Shown one piece after another: positions 26,580-31,259 of a stretch of 31,259 nt of DNA (position 1 is its first letter; every line of letters begins with the position of its first letter). Under the pieces are notes generated by a model, which had not been told where the DNA came from, did no database searches, and was given only the letters and a program-made list of their open reading frames with translations. The translations under genes were made by a program, and so were the position numbers. The DNA comes from a virus (taxonomy: Duplodnaviria; Caudoviricetes): the IMG/VR virus record IMGVR_UViG_3300012667_000404, positions 1-31,259 of that record. The stretch is one strand, 5' to 3'.

Positions 26580-27371
26580 ATGCACTATTTTCAATTCAAC
26601 ATTGGCGATTACGCCAGCCACACGCGCCACCTCTCATTGATGGAGGATTTGGCCTATCGTCGGCTGCTCGACCTCTACTATCTGAAAGACGGCGAGATAT
26701 ACGGCAGCGAGACCGAAGTGGCCCGCCAGATTGGTATGCGAGATTTCGCTCAAGATGTAACGCAGGTGCTTCAAGACTTCTTTTGCCTTGGATTGGACGA
26801 CCGCTGGGCGCATGACCGCTGCGACGCAGAAATAGCGCATTTCCGCCAAAAGTCGGAGAAGGCATCAAACGCCGGTAAGGCATCTGCGCAACGTCGGTTC
26901 AACGGACGTTCAACGGACGTTCAACCAACCAATAACCAAGAACCAATAACCAATAACCAACAACCAGATATAACCCCCCATAAGCCCCCCACGGGGCAGG
27001 CTGTTGAATTGCCTGACTGGTTGCCGGTTGAGGCTTGGAACGGCTGGATTGATATGCGGAAGCAGCGCAAGAAGCCTTTGACCGACCGGGCTGCATCGCG
27101 GGCCATCAACAAGCTGGAAGCCATGCGCGATGCAGGGCAGGATATAACCGAGGTGCTTGACCGCAGCACGATGAACGGCTGGACAGACCTTTACGAAATC
27201 AAGGAGAAGGCAATTGGAACAAACCGCACTAACAAAGATGGCGTCTCAGCAGCCCTTGACGAAATGCTCGGAATTGGACGCCCTGCCCAGCCGATTGGAC
27301 GACGACCGTTTGAAATCGTTGATGCAAAGCCTGTCGCGGCCATTGCCGGACCCGACACCGTGCAGCGATGA
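26580..27371 (+). CDS. replication initiator, YdaU/DUF1376 family (lambda O analogue)
   Basis: MHYFQFNIGDYASHTRHLSLMEDLAYRRLLDLYY; C-terminal LPDWL..AW..W..MRK..KKPLT. Confidence 0.88.
   Translation: MHYFQFNIGDYASHTRHLSLMEDLAYRRLLDLYYLKDGEIYGSETEVARQIGMRDFAQDVTQVLQDFFCLGLDDRWAHDRCDAEIAHFRQKSEKASNAGKASAQRRFNGRSTDVQPTNNQEPITNNQQPDITPHKPPTGQAVELPDWLPVEAWNGWIDMRKQRKKPLTDRAASRAINKLEAMRDAGQDITEVLDRSTMNGWTDLYEIKEKAIGTNRTNKDGVSAALDEMLGIGRPAQPIGRRPFEIVDAKPVAAIAGPDTVQR
26897..26968. repeat. iteron-like repeats, putative replication origin inside the initiator gene
   Basis: GTTCAACGGAC x2 plus GTTCAAC (26897-26925), then six AACCA(A/G)N heptamers (26927-26968). Confidence 0.7.
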
Positions 27372-27804
27372 CCATTTCGGGAAGTGCTTCAAGTTTATGG
27401 TCGCTGTGCTGCCCAAGCAGTCGAAGGACGCGCTCGACGGCAAGCTGTTCCTGCAAGCCTACCAGCGGATGTTGCAAGGCTACCCGAAGGACGCAATTAG
27501 CTTTCTGGCCGAGCAATCTATGGCCCGCTGCAAATGGTTCCCGACGATTGCCGAGTGCTTGACCATCTTGAAGGATTGGACCCGAGACGACGACGAAACC
27601 CGCTTCGCGGACAAGGCGCGGCAGATCGTCAGCCGTGAACTTGCAGCGCGGCATGACGACCAAATTGAAATGGAGCGGCGCAACAAGCCAAAGATGACGG
27701 CAGAGGAGATAGCTGGCTTGCCTGATGGCCTTGTCGAGATTGGCTTGAAGTGCGGCGCGCTGCGCAAGCTGGATGACGGCACCATTGTGGACCGCGATGC
27801 CTAG
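27214..27804 (+). CDS. putative helicase loader (lambda P analogue)
   Basis: Follows the initiator; CKWFPTIAECL motif; true start may be downstream. Confidence 0.6.
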   Translation: MEQTALTKMASQQPLTKCSELDALPSRLDDDRLKSLMQSLSRPLPDPTPCSDDHFGKCFKFMVAVLPKQSKDALDGKLFLQAYQRMLQGYPKDAISFLAEQSMARCKWFPTIAECLTILKDWTRDDDETRFADKARQIVSRELAARHDDQIEMERRNKPKMTAEEIAGLPDGLVEIGLKCGALRKLDDGTIVDRDA

Positions 27805-27964
27805 CAACAATGGACGGCGACCGGGTTCGCCCTTGGTCGATATTAAATTGCGCAACGGTCACATTGTCCGAGACACTGACCCGCAGAAATGGCGCTGGAA
27901 GCCTTGGCCAACCGGGCCGCATGACTTTGATATTTTGGTTTATCGGGTAAAAAAGAGCGATTAA
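27797..27964 (+). CDS. hypothetical protein
   Basis: VDIKLRNG..WRW..FDI..YR; overlaps the upstream stop. Confidence 0.6.
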   Translation: MPSNNGRRPGSPLVDIKLRNGHIVRDTDPQKWRWKPWPTGPHDFDILVYRVKKSD

Positions 27965-27973
27965 TCTAATTAA

Positions 27974-28043
27974 ATTGCATTTAGCGTTTGACATGGTTGG
28001 TCAGATGTTTAGAAACAGAGGGGTCAACAGGGCAATCAAGCCC
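27974..28043 (+). promoter_or_regulatory. rightward early promoter with leader hairpin
   Basis: TTGACA (27988)-N16-TAGAAA; GGGC-AATCAA-GCCC hairpin 28030-43 before a GGAG RBS. Confidence 0.7.
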
Positions 28044-28061
28044 GCCAACACGGAGACTGAC

Positions 28062-28223
28062 ATGATTTACATTGTTCGCACATACCGCATCGAGAACGGC
28101 GCACACATTGCCCATCTCGACCGCACTTTTAACACCGCTGCCGAAGCGCGCGACCATGCACTTGCTGCTAATTGCAAGGCATACACACCATTTATCAGCA
28201 CCGTCAGGGAGATTGAAGCATGA
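28062..28223 (+). CDS. hypothetical early protein
   Basis: GGAG RBS; first gene after the promoter. Confidence 0.65.
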   Translation: MIYIVRTYRIENGAHIAHLDRTFNTAAEARDHALAANCKAYTPFISTVREIEA

Positions 28224-28465
28224 TAACCCCGACCATCAACATCAACGGCAGCAGCATTCACGATTTAGTCAATCCGCGCCTAGCAGCAATGGACCACCTT
28301 ATGGCGGCTACCGAAGCACTGCGTCAGACGGCACCGAACGGTCGCGATTACCCCGGTGACCATGAGGGATTGCAGCGCGACCGCGAATTGCACTTTAGAC
28401 GCCTTGAGGAAATCAAATGCTTGCGCGAGGAATTGATGCGCGAGGCTGTCCGCATCAAGTTTTAA
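28220..28465 (+). CDS. hypothetical early protein
   Basis: PTININGSS..APNGRDY; ATGA-coupled. Confidence 0.7.
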   Translation: MITPTININGSSIHDLVNPRLAAMDHLMAATEALRQTAPNGRDYPGDHEGLQRDRELHFRRLEEIKCLREELMREAVRIKF

Positions 28466-28471
28466 CCAAAC

Positions 28472-28487
28472 GGGGGCTTCGGCTCCC
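28472..28487 (+). promoter_or_regulatory. UUCG-tetraloop hairpin with no U-tract
   Basis: GGGGGC-TTCG-GCTCCC, intergenic. Confidence 0.55.
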
Positions 28488-28505
28488 ACTACACAGGAGA
28501 GTAAA

Positions 28506-28835
28506 ATGGCAAAGTTGGATATTGAATATGCAAAGGCAATAGTTGCGGCACATCCGCTCGCTGACAGCGTGACGCTTGAAAATGACGGCAGTCTAATCGT
28601 TTACGCAGCTATTGGTTGCGGTTGGAGTGAAAATGGAGACACATGGGTTGAAACCCGCTTTCCGCCGAGGACTGCGGCAAAGCATTTTATCCTTGAATTA
28701 AGCAAATTGAAGGGCGTTCCAGCTTCTCCAATTGAGGTTGAGGAACTGACCGAGGAAGAAATGCAGGAATATCAAGCCGACTGCGAAGGCGATGCCAAGG
28801 CGCAGATGATGAAGGAGGAAAACGACGATGCGTGA
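28506..28835 (+). CDS. hypothetical acidic protein
   Basis: AGGAG RBS; 109 aa. Confidence 0.7.
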   Translation: MAKLDIEYAKAIVAAHPLADSVTLENDGSLIVYAAIGCGWSENGDTWVETRFPPRTAAKHFILELSKLKGVPASPIEVEELTEEEMQEYQADCEGDAKAQMMKEENDDA

Positions 28836-28953
28836 ACTTAACATGATTGCAGCCGTTTGGCGCGATATGCCAGCAGCCGACAAGGCTTATGGCTTGGCCT
28901 TTATCATTGCCGCACCAGTGGCATTTTTGGCCCTCATGGCGGTTCTGCCGTGA
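28828..28953 (+). CDS. small membrane peptide, 41 aa (not in ORF track)
   Basis: MRELNMIAAVWRDMPAADKAYGLAFIIAAPVAFLALMAVLP; AGGAGG upstream; stop overlaps the next GTG. Confidence 0.6.
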   Translation: MRELNMIAAVWRDMPAADKAYGLAFIIAAPVAFLALMAVLP

Positions 28954-29162
28954 TCGAAACGGGAAAGGATTTGGCGAAGGCAAGGCGGGCAATGAAGATG
29001 TCACTGTCCGACCTTGCCGACGCCTTGCGGATGGGCGCTAATGGAGAGCGCAATCTGAGGCGCTGGGAAAGCGGGGAGACCCCTATGCCCGGTGCTGTTG
29101 GTGTCGCTGTCGAGGCGATGCAGGCGGGTTTTGTGCCAAGCATTAACGAGGACATTTATTGA
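28950..29162 (+). CDS. XRE-family HTH protein
   Basis: LAKARRAMKMSLSDLADAL..ERNLRRWESGETPMP. Confidence 0.8.
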   Translation: MIETGKDLAKARRAMKMSLSDLADALRMGANGERNLRRWESGETPMPGAVGVAVEAMQAGFVPSINEDIY

Positions 29163-29174
29163 GGAGATAGAAAA

Positions 29175-29309
29175 ATGGATATTGTGATATTTTTTCTGAC
29201 CACCGCAGCGGCTTTTTGCTCCGGTTACGTGATTGGCGATGCAAGGCAAAAGGCATCAAGCAAGCCGACACGCGGGCCTGATGGAAGATTTGCAAAGCGC
29301 AGCAAGTAA
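29175..29309 (+). CDS. small membrane-anchored peptide, 44 aa (not in ORF track)
   Basis: MDIVIFFLTTAAAFCSGYVIG..RGPDGRFAK; GAGGAG RBS. Confidence 0.6.
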   Translation: MDIVIFFLTTAAAFCSGYVIGDARQKASSKPTRGPDGRFAKRSK

Positions 29310-29326
29310 CAAGAAGGGGAGTGATT

Positions 29327-29623
29327 ATGGACATTTTCGATAAAATTCGCGGTTGGGCAGAAGCCCGGAACCTGATTGAAGGCAGCAATCCGACCGCCCA
29401 GCTTATCAAGCTACGGGAGGAAATGGAGGAACTGACGCAGGCTATTATCGCAGACGATGACGCCGAGTTTATCGACGCCATTGGGGATTGCGTTGTCGTG
29501 CTAACCATCATAGCCCGCCAAAAGGGCTATGCCATTGAAGATTGCATCGCATCCGCATGGCTCGAAATCAAAGACCGCAAGGGCAAGATGGTGGGCGGCA
29601 TTTTCGTAAAGGATGCGGGATGA
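29327..29623 (+). CDS. MazG-like nucleotide pyrophosphohydrolase
   Basis: KLREEMEEL..DAIGD..V.L; AWLEIKDRKG. Confidence 0.85.
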   Translation: MDIFDKIRGWAEARNLIEGSNPTAQLIKLREEMEELTQAIIADDDAEFIDAIGDCVVVLTIIARQKGYAIEDCIASAWLEIKDRKGKMVGGIFVKDAG

Positions 29624-29853
29624 ACCAGAAGCACCCTTGGGAAGAAGCCAAGGACCGCATCGAAGCCCAAGCGGCAGAGATTGAGCGGTTGCGTGAGGCG
29701 TTGGAAAAAGCCGCGATCAATTTGGCCCATCTTGGCGGCCAGATTGAAGCTAGTTTTGCGATAAGCGGAACCCTCCGCGCAGAACAGGCAATGATAGCGC
29801 GTCATATGAGCGACGAAGCCCGCGCAGCCCTAGCAGGAAAGGCAGAGCAATGA
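29620..29853 (+). CDS. hypothetical coiled-coil protein ending in repeat-encoded LAGKAEQ
   Basis: ATGA-coupled; AAEIERLREAL..ARAAL. Confidence 0.7.
   Translation: MNQKHPWEEAKDRIEAQAAEIERLREALEKAAINLAHLGGQIEASFAISGTLRAEQAMIARHMSDEARAALAGKAEQ
29830..29853 (+). repeat. 24-bp boundary repeat, copy 1
   Basis: CTAGCAGGAAAGGCAGAGCAATGA. Confidence 0.97.
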
Positions 29854-30209
29854 CGTTCTGTAACGAGCATGCGGTCAAAGCGGTTCGCAAGAACCATTTC
29901 TGCGAAGGGTGCGGGAAGTATGTCCTTATCGGTGAACCGGCAATCAGGTGGACAGGCATAGGCGAAGATGGATTTGCCAGTGTGATCTACCACCCGGAAT
30001 GCCGTGAAGCCGAGGTCTACATGAACCGGGAGATAAACAGTTTCGAATGGTGGCCGTTGAACAGCCATGAAGAAGATGACTGGCCTTGGCTGATGGACAA
30101 GTTCCCGGCTGTCGCGGCCCGCTTCAACATCACGCCTGAACGCTACAAAGAATATCAGGAACGATATGCGGCTGCGTGGCACAATCTAGCAGGAAAGGCA
30201 GAGCAATGA
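29850..30209 (+). CDS. hypothetical Zn-binding protein (cassette 1), ending LAGKAEQ
   Basis: HFCEGCG..YHPEC; starts in repeat 1 and stops in repeat 2. Confidence 0.72.
   Translation: MTFCNEHAVKAVRKNHFCEGCGKYVLIGEPAIRWTGIGEDGFASVIYHPECREAEVYMNREINSFEWWPLNSHEEDDWPWLMDKFPAVAARFNITPERYKEYQERYAAAWHNLAGKAEQ
30186..30209 (+). repeat. 24-bp boundary repeat, copy 2
   Basis: CTAGCAGGAAAGGCAGAGCAATGA. Confidence 0.97.
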
Positions 30210-30235
30210 TTTTTAACCAAGAAGGAGAAGTACAG

Positions 30236-30466
30236 ATGAATACCCAAACTTATGGCGAGAAGGCAGTCGGTCTTTCGTTTAACCCTAGCAACGACAGTTT
30301 GGTCGATAGCGTTAAGCGTCAATACGCAAGGATCATTGATCATTTTCACGTGCTGCGGTGCGCTGATGGCGCAAGCGATGAAACCCGTCGCCTTTGTTCA
30401 ATTGCCATTACGGAAGCGCAGTCAGCGCAGATGTGGGCAGTTAAGGCTATCACTTGGCGTGATTAA
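30236..30466 (+). CDS. Acb2/Tad1-hairpin-like protein, candidate immune-signal sponge (cassette 2)
   Basis: GEKAVGLSFNPS..VD.VK..A.IID...RRLCSIAITEAQSAQMWAVKAITW; in-frame upstream ATG at 30206 inside the repeat. Confidence 0.6.
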   Translation: MNTQTYGEKAVGLSFNPSNDSLVDSVKRQYARIIDHFHVLRCADGASDETRRLCSIAITEAQSAQMWAVKAITWRD

Positions 30467-30496
30467 ATGTGTCGGGGGCCTTTACCCCCGCACAAC

Positions 30497-30520
30497 CTAG
30501 CAGGAAAGGCAGAGCAATGA
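30497..30520 (+). repeat. 24-bp boundary repeat, copy 3
   Basis: CTAGCAGGAAAGGCAGAGCAATGA. Confidence 0.97.
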
Positions 30521-30702
30521 CCGACATCTACGAAGACATCCGCATCGTTGTCCAGCGCCACCGCGAACAGGCAGCAGCAGAGGAGCGCGCCAAGATCGTG
30601 GCGTATCTGCTGAACGAGCAGCGGGAATATCCCGGCACGGAATACTCAGGGTTCGCAGCGATGATCGCGGAAATGATAAGCGCAAAGGAGCATTTGAAAT
30701 GA
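30517..30702 (+). CDS. hypothetical protein
   Basis: Starts at the ATG of repeat 3; AAAEERAKIVAYL. Confidence 0.7.
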   Translation: MTDIYEDIRIVVQRHREQAAAEERAKIVAYLLNEQREYPGTEYSGFAAMIAEMISAKEHLK

Positions 30703-30881
30703 TGATCGAGATCGACCCATCCATGCTCGACGGTCTTGTGCGCGCATGGCTTAAGGACACGCTGCAAATCATCGAAAGCAATCTTGCCCATGATTACGTC
30801 CATCCAGAGGATGAGAAGACGTATAAGAAGGACATCAAGGCGGTGAAGCGACTGCTGGATTATGTGGGAGAGGCACTTTGA
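30699..30881 (+). CDS. hypothetical protein
   Basis: AGGAG RBS; ATGA-coupled. Confidence 0.65.
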   Translation: MMIEIDPSMLDGLVRAWLKDTLQIIESNLAHDYVHPEDEKTYKKDIKAVKRLLDYVGEAL

Positions 30882-30994
30882 CCAGCGAACAACAAGCGAA
30901 GCGCATCGAGCAGCTAGAGGCAGCATTAAAGCGCATTGCAGCAGGATGGCCCAAGCCAATGCAGCTTGCGCGGGAAACACTGGCGCAGAAATGA
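30878..30994 (+). CDS. small hypothetical protein, 38 aa, TTG start (not in ORF track)
   Basis: MTSEQQAKRIEQLEAALKRIAAGWPKPMQLARETLAQK; GGGAGAGG RBS; TTGA overlap. Confidence 0.55.
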   Translation: MTSEQQAKRIEQLEAALKRIAAGWPKPMQLARETLAQK

Positions 30995-31017
30995 GCCTTC
31001 TGGCATAAGGTGCAAAG
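30963..31017. repeat. 55-bp exact direct repeat, copy 2
   Basis: Identical to 1-55. Confidence 0.97.
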
Positions 31018-31033
31018 TTATTAGAGGGCGCAA

Positions 31034-31259
31034 ATGACAAATCTGATTATTGAACAACGCACGGTCGCCGGGTTAATCCCTTATGCTGCAAACAGCCGAA
31101 CGCACAGCGATGCGCAGGTTGCGCAGATTGCGGCGAGTATCAAAGAGTTTGGCTGGACAAACCCCATTCTGATTGACGGCGATAACAGCATTATCGCTGG
31201 GCATGGACGGCTGCTGGCTGCGCGCAAATTGGGTATGGACGAGGTGCCTTGCATTGTGC
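31034..31259 (+). CDS. ParB/Srx N-terminal domain protein, truncated by window end (often fused to a DNA methyltransferase)
   Basis: MTNLIIEQRTVAGLIPYAANSRTHSDAQVAQIAASIKEFGWTNPILID..IIAGHGRLLAARKLG. Confidence 0.85.
   Translation, partial: MTNLIIEQRTVAGLIPYAANSRTHSDAQVAQIAASIKEFGWTNPILIDGDNSIIAGHGRLLAARKLGMDEVPCIV

Noticed and set aside
27961-27973. CtrA box upstream of the early promoter
   Set aside because: TTAA-N5-TTAA spacing does not match the TTAA-N7-TTAA consensus.
29830-30520. 24-bp repeats as a CRISPR mini-array
   Set aside because: Spacers are ~290-330 bp and each is a whole gene; the repeat is not palindromic; no cas genes are present.

Overview
The window is an essentially complete ~31 kb tailed dsDNA phage genome of siphovirus type. 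Bases 1-55 recur exactly at 30963-31017, giving a circle of ~30,962 bp plus a divergent 242-bp tail that starts a ParB-like gene. The host is very likely alphaproteobacterial, probably Sphingomonadales-like (GapR/DUF2312 homolog, SSB style, apparent GANTC absence). Late (+) operon: terminase, portal, collagen-like protein, head, neck, tail, tape measure, seven-repeat beta-propeller fibre, lysis genes (three membrane proteins, GH19 endolysin, Rz/Rz1), metallophosphoesterase with a DUF6378-like partner, and small basic proteins. Leftward (-) operon: ERF, YqaJ/lambda exonuclease, NinB, GapR, SSB. Rightward operon: Cro-like HTH, RusA-like, DnaA-CTD-like, DUF1376 initiator with an internal origin, and a helicase-loader-like gene. 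An early accessory region follows. I found no integrase, CI, polymerase, tRNA or CRISPR array. Most notable observations: (i) a perfect 24-bp stop/RBS/start module repeated three times, delimiting single-gene cassettes, one encoding an Acb2/Tad1-like anti-defence sponge candidate; (ii) apparent total absence of GANTC; (iii) two cis-regulatory RNA structures, a covarying hairpin repeat over the scaffold RBS and a pseudoknot ahead of the tail chaperone; (iv) a tail-chaperone frameshift that must be +1/-2 rather than -1. Family assignments come from motif recognition by eye, not database searches.
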